A DNA stretch of 47,700 nt, from the NCBI GenBank assembly GCA_000934665.2, contig KZ538782.1:1-47700 (forward strand). The letters run 5' to 3'. The position numbers and the translations under genes were made by a program. This document shows, in pieces, positions 35,962 to 47,700 of the stretch; the stretch's first letter is position 1; every line of letters starts with the position of its first letter. Under the pieces are notes generated by a model that did no database searches, was not told the origin of the DNA, and worked only from the letters and a program-made list of their open reading frames with translations. The stretch is from Catajapyx aquilonaris. Taxonomy: Eukaryota.

Positions 35962-36291
35962 CAGTAGTTGAGAATCCTTTATACGAAATGCTTGGGACCA
36001 GCAGTTTTTCGCATTTCGGAAAATGTGTAGGCTATATTTGCAACTACTGTATACTTGTATAAAATGGGAAGGATTTGGGGTGGTTTAAATGCCTTAACAA
36101 TATATCCATATACGTACATGAACCCTATAGACAGTTTCATGTACATTTTAAATATTTTTTATACTTGCATATGCAAGTAATGACGCTAGTAATGTCACCC
36201 TCAGCACATGGAATTTTCCATTTGTGATACGTCATGTCAGCACTCAAAAAACTCGCGGAATTCGGAATTTCGGATAAAGGATTCTCTACTG
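35962..36291 (+). mobile_element. pogo/Tigger MITE resembling Tigger4/MER46
   Basis: TA TSD, CAGTAG...CTACTG ends and TIR GAGAATCCTTTAT(A/C)CGAAAT. Internal motifs CGAAATGCTTGGGACCAG and GGAATTTTCCA...GTCATGTCAGCACTCAAAAA. Confidence 0.8.
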
Positions 36292-36435
36292 TAATACGGT
36301 ATGGTAGGACCCTATATCTATTATAATATAGTCTTTCCAATATTGGAAAGCTGCCATAATGACTGTCTGAGAAATCCTCCTAAGACAACTTACTGTGAGA
36401 GTCTTATTTTTGGGAGGTCTCCTCCTGCTGCCTAG

Positions 36436-36491
36436 GCTAACTTCCAAGTGCATGGGCCTAATATATTAGGCCCATGCACTTGGAAGTTAGC
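36436..36491. repeat. Perfect 56-bp palindrome with no spacer
   Basis: gctaacttccaagtgcatgggcctaata|tattaggcccatgcacttggaagttagc. Confidence 0.95.
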
Positions 36492-38575
36492 TCGTTTCCA
36501 GTCCCTCACTTGCTGGGCAGCCCATGTTTTGGCGTGACATACTCTTTTCGTTCCGTGACACAGCCAAAATGAGCGTCTGTACGGCACCCCCTGTGTATTA
36601 CTGTCGTCTTTCAGAGCACATGACCTTAATCTCCTTTTGACGTCCGAAGAGAAGTGTTTGTGGCAGGTAGCCACGCGCTTTTAAGTGCACAAGTTATTCA
36701 CGGAAAATATGTCATCAGATCCGTCGCAACTTAACCCGGTAAGTTTTTCGTGGAATCAAGCGTAGAAAACGCACTCTATACACACAAGCCAGTCATGTTC
36801 ATGTGTGTCGCTGAAGTAACGTCTAGGCTTGTACACTTCATCAAGAGCTAACCTATAGCTATTCTTTTCCACAGCAACCCGACCACTCCAGTCCAGGCCA
36901 CTGTAGCAACTGTCACCAACAGTGGTCACAAAAGCTGTCCTGGGATGAAGATTTGGGTATGAAGGAGAAGAAATTATTTCAGGAGTTAAGAAGACCTTGC
37001 CACCTCAAAGCTCAACTGTTGATCAAGCTGCAAGATACGATATGGTCAGCCAGTGAAAGATGCACTGGCTTCATCCTATAAAGTTCTAATGGAATTAAAA
37101 TTCTATGAAAATTGACAATATATTACAGCTGAAAACCTTAAGGCAACTTGAATCAGTACTTAAGAATTAATACAACTCACTTGAATAATCTTTCCCATGT
37201 GGCAAATTGTCAGGAAAATTTAAAGATGAAATAATTCACCAAGTGGCCACCATGTACAATATTTATATTTATCATTATTCATGCATATGGGTATGTTCCC
37301 CTGATTGAAGTAATTAAATTAATCGCACTTGAAAACCTGCGTCCCAAAACAAAGCGTTCCTTTACTTGCCAGAAGAGTAACATAATTATTACGGACATGG
37401 TGCATTTTATGTGAATCTTATGCATGGAGATCACAGTACAAGGAAATGACGTCGATTACTGTGTAATGATATAGGTTACTGCATAATTCTTGTAATCTCG
37501 AATATGTGACAAATGATTTTTGAATCGAGTTGTCTAAAAAGATTTAGGAATATCTAAAAAAACTGCGGCTTCCTTTTGTGGTCCACGTGTCAGATTTAGC
37601 AACCCTCTTCACTCATGGAAATTTTGTCGATTATTTGAAAGGTCGACCTGCTCCTGCGGCTTTGAGGAACGGCGGCGTTTTATTTAAAAGATTCATGAAT
37701 TGTTTGGAGAAGAACTGTACAAACAGAGAAGTCTCTTTCCATACCATCAGCGCGTTTCGTCCATCGTCACCCACCCTTATAAATATTGAAATAGAAGTCC
37801 GGGAAAATATTTGTCGGGTTTCGCTCAACTGTATTTTTTTTTCTAAAACGCTGGGCAATGGAAATGAGCGACGAGAAAAATATGCATCGTTGAGAAGTTC
37901 GGGGTCAGGGTTACAAATAATTTTCACAGACAATTAGCCTAATATTTTGTAAAGCTCACGTAAGCAGGCAAATTAAAATGCAGGTGTACCAAAATTAATT
38001 ACCCACTTCATTTTGTAAAATAATATATGGAAAACTGGGGTCTATTCCAGTGCGGTTATTCGTCTTTTGATAAAAATTAAACAACAGTAAAGAGCCACAT
38101 TATTTGGAAAAATCTCGTGGCATTATAACTATGAGCACAAGATCATGGAAATACTGTAGGACATGACTAAGTCTATAGTGCAGAATTGTGCTTGCAAACC
38201 CTGGTCTACTGTACTGTATAGTGTCAAAGAAAAGACCCTGGGGTCCCCTAATCCATGTCATTAACCTCTTATAGCTCCAATCAGGGAGCTTATTCATAAG
38301 TGACTGCTGTAGTACACCAACCTGCGGCTGTGTTATTTTTGTGTGTGGAAGGGTCTAAATGCATTCAATTATATTATTCGCCTCTCAGCCTGTTATACAA
38401 TAATACGGTAGTGTGCGGTAGTCTCATCCATTATCATGAAATTTTGTTACGAACTTTAGGTTTCCTCAGATCACATTTGGAATTTTTTTCCTAAACGTGA
38501 AAACGTGCACTGACGCCTACGCTTATGCCAGCAGCTCTGCCTTGTAGTGTATCCTAAATATGGTTTATGTATAAT

Positions 38576-38673
38576 TTGACCGGAAAACTTCGACTTTGCC
38601 AAAGTCAAAGATTTCCGGTCAAGCATTTGAGTTAGGAAAAGTTTGCGGCACACTTTTCCTAACTCAAATGCTT
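38576..38673. repeat. Two abutting hairpins
   Basis: ttgaccggaaaacttcgactttg/caaagtcaaagatttccggtcaa, then perfect 22-bp arms aagcatttgagttaggaaaagt/acttttcctaactcaaatgctt. Confidence 0.88.
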
Positions 38674-38917
38674 ATAATATGTTAAAATAATCCGATATCA
38701 AAAGTCCACAAATTTTGGATTCACGCCAAATACACACTCGATCTAAATTGGAGGGCGGTTAAATAAAGTGTTCAAGAGACATCGTATGATTTTATTAGGA
38801 ACTTTTAAATTTGAAAAGTATTTTAAAATTTTGCTCTTAAGATATTGAGCAAATAATAATCAGACGGGGATTTCCTTTCACTTGCAACCTTCACTGATGC
38901 AAAATATACATCAGTAA

Positions 38918-39816
38918 TGTGGAGGTGAAAAGAAAAGGCAGCTAAGTCCGTCATAAAAAATTATACATGAGCGAAGAAAACCAGCCATCTGGAAATGCTT
39001 CCAAGCTGTAGCTACTTGATGGGGGGATTGAAGAGATGATTTTTTTCTACATTTTTACATATCACATTATTTTGAAAATCATGGGTTGGTAGTTCATCCG
39101 CAAATCTGGGAGTAGGTTCTGATCTAGCTGCTTTTGCTTGTCACCTAGTGGACGTGACTGGTTTTGCTTGTGGAAAACTGCAGTAATAACGATTAAAATC
39201 CCAAAGCAGTATCTCAACAACAAGAAAAGTGAATTAGATAGTGGGACTACCGCTACTCATGTAGATGTTTCATGGAAGCACAATAATAAACATACTCATG
39301 ATACAGGTTCAAGGATTGAAAACAATTATTGCCTCTTAATATTATGAAATGCTCCCCAATCGTCATAATTGTCTTCCTCACACAAAGGCTTCATCTGCAC
39401 CATCAATTGCCCTGTTGGCTCCCCCGGCGACTGTGCCGAAACGGGGGCGAAGCTGATGCAATAACAGTGCGATAGTAGCGACGCGACGTGGTGGATCTGA
39501 GTCATCTGACAGGTTTTGCCTTGCAATTTCTATCACCGTAATGTCCGTAATGCCATTCATTGGACCTGGCTACTTATGCACGCAAGTTGGACCTATAGCT
39601 GCTTTTGCACACACAATAAGGACTTCATGGCTTGGATGTAGCTGACTTTGCATAGGACATAATTATACTTTTTCAGTCGCTTTACACCTGGGTCTGCTTG
39701 GATATGATGCAAAAAATTTGGGTACCAGGTAGAGGACAACTTGGGGACGCCGATGGCACTTCGAACTCATTTTTTCCCAAGGTCGGATCTAGCTGCCTTT
39801 GCTTTTCACCTCCACA
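38918..39816. mobile_element. Old TIR element (about 900 bp), family uncertain
   Basis: About 33-bp TIRs TGTGGAGGTGAAAAG(A/C)AAAGGCAGCTA, with internal TAGCTGCTTTTGC repeats near 39125 and 39596. No clear TSD. Confidence 0.7.
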
Positions 39817-40693
39817 GTTCTATTAACGAAAAATAAATTTATGTCGAAGTTTCAGGTTCACATTGCGTGATAAACATACTGCACAGCATGGCAACCAGCA
39901 GTGATACACTCTCTAGACAGTCTAGAGTTTATACGTATAATAGGCTAATAGGCAATAGTTAATGTTATAATGAAAATTTCAGAGAGTACAGGTGCAGCTT
40001 TAGTAGAAAACAACACTGAATTATCACAAACTGCAAGGAACAAAATCATTATCGCCGGCAATTTTCAGGTGCTTTATATCTTGTCTGACTAAGTTTCGAA
40101 CATCTGGGTAAGCTTAATTTTTTGACAGTGTGGTTTGAAAAGCTTTCGAAGAAGTGCGTAACCGGCGAATTAGCGGTCTTGGAAAAGTCGATGGCCTATT
40201 TTCCTTCACAGCTCAGAGGCAACTTTTACATCTATTAGTAATGTTCGCATATTTGTTTAGACAGTTGCTAGAATAAAGAGAGAAACCCATTTTAGCTGAT
40301 ATTTAGGACGGCTTATGTGACGACTAGCAGCGCAGCCCGTTCTTCGCACGGCCTGTTTCCATGGTAATCACCAACAAAATCCTGTTGCCATGGGCAAACA
40401 AAAAAACAAAGAAACTTTGCCTTACATACGTAGATTATGAAAATATCGTATGCTATTTATTTATGGATGTTTATCAGCATACCCGTGTGTAGTGTCGGGT
40501 ACATAATTAGTTGAACTTGGTGCCAGTCAACGTACGCAGAAGTGATCGAAAGCAGAGGGATAATTGGACAGTGTTATGCAATAATGGGTCAACCCACAAA
40601 AATGTCCCAATTGAGTTAAGCCCAGGAACATACACCCAAAGGATATTAGCCTACTTCATTCACTGCCCAAAAACTTCCGCACTTTATGGTCTC

Positions 40694-40783
<90 letters not shown>
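40694..40783. repeat. (AAT)30 microsatellite
   Basis: Direct reading. Confidence 0.97.
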
Positions 40784-40784
<1 letters not shown>

Positions 40785-41089
40785 TATTGTCAAGGTGCTA
40801 ATATGCTACGAAACCAACCTAAAACCGCTGCTCCAATATTTTAAAACTTCCCCCTTTCCTCCCCGCTGCAGAAATATGTCGAATATTAATAATAATGACA
40901 CACTGTGCTCTCCAAATTAAATGTCCTTTTAATGAGAAATTTTGGCACTAAGCTGTTTAATTTTAAGTGCCTACTTTTTAATAGCTATTTTAGAGGTTAT
41001 CAAAAGTATCAGCTGCTGATACAGTACTAAGTTATGCAGACTCATCCTTCCTAGGCTGCAAATGGAGGTCCTGTCTAGACATTATAATT

Positions 41090-41330
41090 ATGCCTATCAA
41101 CCTGATCTCCTGGGGGACTGCACCTGGCCCACCGCTGGACAATGCACCTGCACATGTGTCCCCTCCCCGAAACCCCCAACCCTTACCGTATTTTCCTAGT
41201 AATCCTTGCACCGGAATTCGAAGTAAAAATACAATCAGAAAACTGTATGGTGGTCTGCCACCCCACTATAACGACCAAGTAGTTGTATTACGGGGTAAAT
41301 AAAATTTAAAAAATATAAAAAAAATAATTA
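41090..41330 (+). mobile_element. tRNA-derived SINE, family B, 5'-truncated copy 3
   Basis: ctcctgggggac, ccttgcaccgg, agaaaactg..tggtggt..gccaccc and acggggta match copy 1; A-rich tail. Confidence 0.72.
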
Positions 41331-42752
41331 TGCCCATTTTTCCATTGGGACATTCCCAATCGGAAATTCATTGCAATTCACAACAAGTAGAGAAGATAAT
41401 TTTTAACCTGGCCGAATAACATCAGCTAATACTTTTGATAGCCATATACTAAAAGTACAGTATAATTCTACAGGAACTGTTTCAAAATAAACAACTGATT
41501 GCAAAAAATCGCTACGTAAAACAGATAATTTAATTGCAACACACTGTAATACAATCATGTGACAGATCCAGTGACATGATGACTATCAGTTAGTTCAATA
41601 AGTATGGCACTAACAGAAACGCATGTAGTTGGTGAAAAGTAGGAAAAGAGGATATGAGCTTATTTGGAATCCTCACCAGGTTGCGATAATTGCAGGGCCA
41701 GAATCTACTAAGCGTAAAAATGAATCTGACAGAGACGCCTAGGCCAATAAAACGCTCTCTTTAATTAATAGGCCACGTTGATTCGCACATGAAAAGGAAC
41801 GGCTCATTTTCAGCCCGCTAGAGAGAGAAAAAAGTTGGGGGGATGCTGCGAAGGGCGATGGGTATAGGAGGAAGAGGAAAGGGCAGGGGGCAGCTCTATT
41901 CGATTATAGGCGTGGGATCAAAGTGACAAGAAGGCCAATTGGTGTTAGTGTGGACATCAAAGTCAGCCCACATTTTTGAACGGCAGCGCTCAGTTGTAAA
42001 CGCCATTGCCATTACCTCATTACTAATGGTTCATATGGTTGTACTGGACAATTTGCTGGCCCAGAATAAAAGTGACAAAGGGAGGAAGGTACACAACATT
42101 CTTTCCGACCTTAGCCTAAATATTACAAATGCTGCTTGTACTACGTACAAATTGCACGAAATATAAATGAATTGCGAATGCAAGTTAGTGACACCATTAT
42201 AGTAAGTTATATTGTACGACAATAGTTGTTATTGTTGAGAAAATGATGTAGGCCTACTGATGAGGACATTATTTTGAACTACGTAAAAAGTATTCAAAAC
42301 CCATTACCTGCCTGCCACAGCATACTCAGAGGCACGCTAACAATTTAATTGTGTGCGTGCCTCCTTTGTCACTCATAATATACTTGCGAATGGCAAATGA
42401 GGCATTACAAGGCGGTCAAAGAGCTGAAGAATATAAAGAGTGGAAAAACGGCCTCTCAGGTGTCGTCACTTGTTTGACCAACTCGTTTGGCTGTTGGCTC
42501 ACTACGCGGTGCCACATTCGAAAAGGATTATCGGGAGTTTCAATAAAATATGTTTATTTAATAGCAAGAGACACATCATTAAGAGTTATCAATTTAAAAA
42601 CTGACCCATATGAGTCCGTATACGGTTAATACACTAATTTTGGACCCGAAACTGGTATTCGGAGCAGCTGGCCACCCTGCACCGTTCCAAGCAAACTACC
42701 TCATTGCATTGCTTGGTCAAAATGGAACGAGTTACTTTGCCAGTTTGTCGAC

Positions 42753-42914
42753 ATGACGCTGACGGGGCGTAGACGGTCGGGTGCCGCGTGCTACTACTGC
42801 TGTTCGCGCACAGGGTCTCGGATCACATTCTTTTCGTTCCCAAAGGAGCCTTCACAGCTCCGAGTTCACAGAAGAAGGACAAGCCCGTCCCGCCACGACA
42901 AGGTGGTTAGATAG
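42753..42914 (+). pseudogene. Degenerate THAP-domain N-terminus, probable transposase remnant
   Basis: 53-codon ORF MTLTGRRRSGAACYYCCSRTGSRITFFSFPKEPSQ... The FFxFPK motif after Cys residues resembles THAP, but the first Cys, the Trp and the CSxHF motif are missing. Confidence 0.42.
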
Positions 42915-43198
42915 CAGCGGGGGGTATAATAAATTATCACTGTAACATATACGAACCCTCTTTGAATTTTCCCATTGGACATGTTTCAATATTATAATTA
43001 ACGGGTATACGAGTACTTGTGACTTATTTCCAACTACTGGGGCTTTTATTGCCATATTTCCTGCACTGCTACGCCGATCTACCGTATTGTACAATACAGT
43101 ATCGAGTTTGGTTGCTGGCTCAACCAGACGGCAGGTCCTGCAAGTGGAGACACAGTTGCTATGCTACGGAGCCTTTTTTCCACACTTTATAGCACGGT

Positions 43199-43584
43199 CA
43201 TAGAAGATCAGGTCTGGACACTCCCACCTACCCCCTGCCGACGCGTTTTGCAGAAGGCGCTCACTTGAGAGCGCCATGAGACATTTCAGTCTCCGGTCAA
43301 GTGGCGACCTTACCGGACTAGGCTGAACTTTATAGGTACAAAACTAACAAAAGGGAAGCGCTACATTGGTAGACCCAACATGGTCGCCGGTGGCCATTTT
43401 GTGCCCGCATGTAGCACTTCCTTTTTGTACCTATAAAGTTCAGCCTAGTCCGGTAGGGTCGCCTGTTATCCGGAGAGTGAAATGTCTCATGACGCTCTCA
43501 AGTGATCAGCACCTTCTGCAAAACGCGTCAGCAGGTGATAACATCAGAAGGTAGTATGAGTGTCCGGGGGCTGAGCCTTTATAG
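43199..43584. mobile_element. Foldback MITE
   Basis: 43216-43370 is the reverse complement of 43405-43565 (acgcgttttgcagaagg; ccggactaggctgaactttataggtacaaaa). Termini are degenerate. Confidence 0.78.
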
Positions 43585-43822
43585 TTATTATGCTCTTTGA
43601 AGGCGGTCTTATAAAATAATATTGAATTGTGATGCCGCGCCATCGCAATTGTATTTCTTGGCAATTGAAGAATATTCATCACACCCACATTATGAATCCA
43701 TTACTTACGACTTATAACACGAATATTAATATATTTTCAAAATATAAGGCAGAGGAAGGGCTCTAACTTTAACTTCCGGTTAGCCTGTTTTTAACATGTG
43801 TTTATAAAAGAAGCCCTTAGAG

Positions 43823-44079
43823 CAGTGCTTCCCAAATTGTGGGTCGCGACCCCATTTGGGGTCGCAAAAATAATATTTGGGGTCGCGAGGGAGGGCAACA
43901 ATTAATTATTTTCACAAAATGATGGTATCTTTCTTAAAAATCATGAAAATAAGGTAAGGTTACTTCACTGTTTACCCGTCCTTTCATGTTGGCGAATCGA
44001 AATGTGCACATATAGAGGGGTCGAAAATTTTACGAGAAGATTTTTTGGGCTCGCCAACGAAAGAAATTGGGAAGCACTA
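43823..44079. mobile_element. hAT (Charlie-like) MITE (257 bp)
   Basis: TIR (C/T)AGTGCTTCCCAA, 8-bp TSD CCTTAGAG/CCTTAGAA and GGGTCGC subterminal repeats. Confidence 0.88.
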
Positions 44080-44569
44080 CCTTAGAAAACCAAAACAAAA
44101 GCGCTAGCAATGATATGACGGATAATATATCATCGGTTAAGTCTCTCATGGAGCAGCTCATGTTCTTCTTTTAATTCACGTAGTGAAATTGAATTGTTCA
44201 TTATTATATCCCATTCCCTGACACGTAATTCTATCACATATTAAGCTGGTTTTACCTTGCATTCTGATTAATTCCAAATTAATATTCCTATCCGAATTGA
44301 TTCGTGCTCATTTCTGTCAGGGCATGTGATATGGTAATTTATAATCTGTGCCAGAATCCAAATGACTCTTTCCCAAGAACTGGATTAGTAATTGCATATA
44401 GATGAGTGCATGATTCATAAAAGTCAATGACACAATTTGATGCAGGTAATTACTGCGCTAGGTTTTTCTCACATTCACACTAGCTAAAATTATCCAGAGG
44501 CGTATGGGACAAGTTACATTCTGAGAGAGTACAAGTGGAATTTTTTTGCACATATTTGTATTGCTTATT

Positions 44570-47179
44570 GGGTCATTCCATGTCAATACGGCCAAGTTGA
44601 TGGCTCGACCATCTCAGAATTTGATATAAAAAATCATGAGCGTACACACACATGAGCTGTTACTAAAAACGAAATTAGAGCCACGCAGGTGAAAAAATCC
44701 TACGGAGATATGGCAACGTCTTTCGGCAACAATGGAGCCGGACGGAATATAATTATATATAGGCATTCCACGTCAAGCGGTACACTTTCCGACAAATCTT
44801 TGGGTACCTTGACCAAAATTTAGTGACATGTAGCCTACTACTCATCGACCTATGCAGGAATCCAAATTATTATACCTCTGCGCTGCGTGGTTGCATAACT
44901 ACAGGTTGTCAAATGTGCCAGTTTTTGGACATTTTTGCCAGGGTAATCTTACGCTCTATGAGATTGTCACACTCAAAATTGAAAAAATCCCAAAATTTAA
45001 AATGAAATATGGCGCCCAAAACATTGATTTTGATATTGGTTATGAATCGACCCCTACGATTTCTTTTGAATGGCACTTAAAATGATCAGGGTAATGTTTA
45101 CTTGAGATTTCCGCAAAATCTGGAGAACACTTTTTGATAATTGCGAAATATAAAAACATTTTAGTTGCGAGACGCTTACAGTAAATGTAATCACCTCAAT
45201 TATCAATAAAATTACTCCACATTTGTTGAGTGAAATATTCATGTTGCACATAATGATAATCCCTGATTCTATCACTCTACAGTCTACATAAATATAATAA
45301 ACACCTATTTCGTCCCAGTTAACATTCTGAGACTTATCTTTTTAGTATGTCACTAAAATCGGTATTTATTATTTATTATTACATAGGTAGAGTGCTAGAA
45401 TCAGGGATTCTCGCGATGTGTATCATGAATTTTTAACTCAACAAATTTGGAGTACTTTTATTGATAGTTGAGGTGACTACATGTACAGTACGCTTCTCGC
45501 AATTAAAATGTTTTTATATCTGGCAATTATCAAAAAAGGGTTCTCCAAATTTTGCGGAAATCTCAAGTAAACATTACCCTGATAATTTTAAGTGCCATTC
45601 AAAAGAAATAGTAGGGGTCGATTATTGATCAATATCAATATCAAAAATTGGCCGTCAACTTTGATATAAAGTTTTTGGATCTTTCCATTTTGAGTATGAC
45701 CATCTCCTGGATCATAAAAATACCTTTCATATGCGCATATCAAATATAATATTTGACGTGAGCTTCTCCGAGTTATGGTCCACCAAATGAGATAACTATA
45801 TTACGGGAGGCGTTTGAAACCAAAAAAGTTATTATTGTCGGCAAATATCGAAAAAAAATGTTCTCCAAATTTTTCGGAAATGTAAAGTAAACATTGCCCT
45901 TGTCATTTTAAGTGCCATTCGAAAGAAATCGTAAGGGTCCATTCATGACCAATATCAAAATCAATGTTTTGGGAGCCATCTTTGATTTTAAATTTCGAAT
46001 TTCGAATTTCGAAAATGGGGGGGGGGGGGGGGGGGGGNGAGGGGGTCAAAAAGTGTCCGAAAATCGGTCACGTGGTATATGGACGACCCCTTATAGGAGG
46101 ATTTTTAAATGTTCTGCGGGTGAACCGCTCAGGAGGCATGAATAGTTCTTATACCTATAGAGTCTAGATCAAGCACGGAAAGACGCTTCTTCTAAGACAT
46201 GTACAGTAACTTTAAAATCGGTCCAGTCCTATATTGAGAAAAATCACCTCAAATATGACCAACTTACAGAAAAAAGGAATTTCAGGATTTATTATTTCCA
46301 AGACTGCTTGACCTATAATGCTTTCCTTCTGCAGCAGTACTGAACAGATGACAATGTATCTACCATACTCCTACCATATGCTTAACAGTGACGTTGGACC
46401 ATCGGAAATGTGCCATTTTTGCATAATAATTCGATTTTTTTAGAATTTTTGTTTGACGTTCTAGGTTAAAACTGTTTCCAACACAATATTCCTCATTTCA
46501 TTCCGGTTCATTTGATATACAGGGTGTATCTGATCTCAGTGCCCCGACGTATATGACTGCCTTCCTAGCCACCAGAGGATCTATTTAAGTATAGGAATCA
46601 TTATGTCTGGCCGCCGCATTACTGAGATACACTCTTTAGCGATTTTAGCCTAATCGCTCCTTCTGACTTTTAAATAGAATTTTCTGGTGTAACTAGCCAA
46701 AGAGGCCTTACCACCTGTGGGCAACAAACCAACGAAGTCCTGCCCCCAGACCTTCCAGAGCCTTCTGACTCGGGGAAGGTTCGATGGGTGGCCTAACCGA
46801 CAGGATATTTTGTACTACATGTTTGCCGCCAATTATCTCCGTAATGCGGCGGCCAAACATAATGATTCCTATACTTAAATCGATCCTCTGGTGGCTAGGA
46901 AGGCAGTCATATACGTCGGGGCACTGAGTTCAGATACACCCTGTATATGATCATGGGGTTGCAACAAGAACTCTACCTGAAATAAATTGTCAGTGCGGCT
47001 CCATTGTTGCAGAAAGACGTTGCCATATCTCCGTGGGATTTTCACCTGGGTGGCTCTAATAATTTCGTTTTTAGAAACAGCTCATGTGAGTGTACGACTG
47101 CGCATGATTTTTTATATCAAATTCTGAGATGGTCGAGCCACCAACTTGGCCATATTGACATGTTATGAGCTTATGACCC
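44570..47179. mobile_element. Composite 2.6-kb TIR element (Sola2-like ends) containing nested repeats
   Basis: About 170-bp TIRs (44570-44740 versus 46996-47179), GGG...CCC termini and a 4-bp TATT TSD. Internal inverted block 45005-45280/45388-45645 with a third partial copy at about 45845-45990. Confidence 0.78.
46520..46943. mobile_element. Tc1/mariner-type MITE (424 bp), nested in the 2.6-kb element
   Basis: TA-CAGGGTG...CACCCTG-TA with near-perfect TIRs of about 103 bp. Confidence 0.92.
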
Positions 47180-47700
47180 TATTGCATTGGCACAGATTGG
47201 TGACTTGGAAGAAAACCTGACACAGCTCCAGTTAGGTAAGCTTAATGAGCAGGATATTTTCAATTCCGAACCCGACCAGCCATCTCCTGGGGCCATAACT
47301 CCCTTCATCCAGCACTCCTCTCCGCCTGCCAGAGCTCCCAAACATTTGCTGAGGTTAGCAATGAATGCTCATGGACTACTGCCAAAGAACTTCGTCTTCC
47401 TTTCCCAAGGTTACCTCCCTGAAGCAACGCAATAAATATGGGCTCAATATTTGAGAATGACACCAGGTATAATATTCATTGCTGTGGAGCAGGTCCGCCA
47501 TGTTCTAGAGACTATGGCTCTCCTTTTTATTGTGAGCGTTCCTCCTGGCTCACTCACAATTTATGAGTGGCAAAAAAAGTTATTACAAGGGGATCTTATA
47601 AATAATATGAGGAGCTTGCCAGCAAAACCAGTTCAATCCACTCCGGGTCGAAAATAATCTGGACACGCTGGAGGCATGTTCCAGGCAATGCCTTTCTATT

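Noticed and set aside
47187..47657. Two plus-strand ORFs at the window end
   Set aside because: No recognisable domain or consistent splice structure; cannot be supported.

Overview
Eukaryotic, most likely arthropod, genomic DNA with no prokaryotic-type genes, CRISPR array or true tRNA/rRNA genes. The whole window lies inside one large minus-strand gene encoding a Sidestep-family (nephrin-like) immunoglobulin-superfamily cell-surface protein. Three phase-compatible GT-AG exons (31821-31953, 24538-24737, 1636-1746) splice into one open frame covering Ig domain 1 and the start of Ig domain 2. The signal-peptide exon and later exons were not found here. The introns (7.1 kb, 22.8 kb and >15 kb) are full of non-autonomous DNA transposons, many near-fully palindromic and some nested. 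Termini and target-site duplications (TSDs) point to Tc1/mariner-pogo, Kolobok, Harbinger, Chapaev3, piggyBac, hAT and Sola types. There are also three tRNA-derived SINE families, a probable solo LTR, microsatellites, several unrelated near-perfect short palindromes and a 150-N gap. Most listed ORFs are spurious. I found no convincing new multi-gene system. The best leads are hairpins bracketing the first Ig exon, orphan palindromes, candidate recursive splice sites, a sense-oriented solo LTR, and Tigger4-like and V-SINE-like elements.
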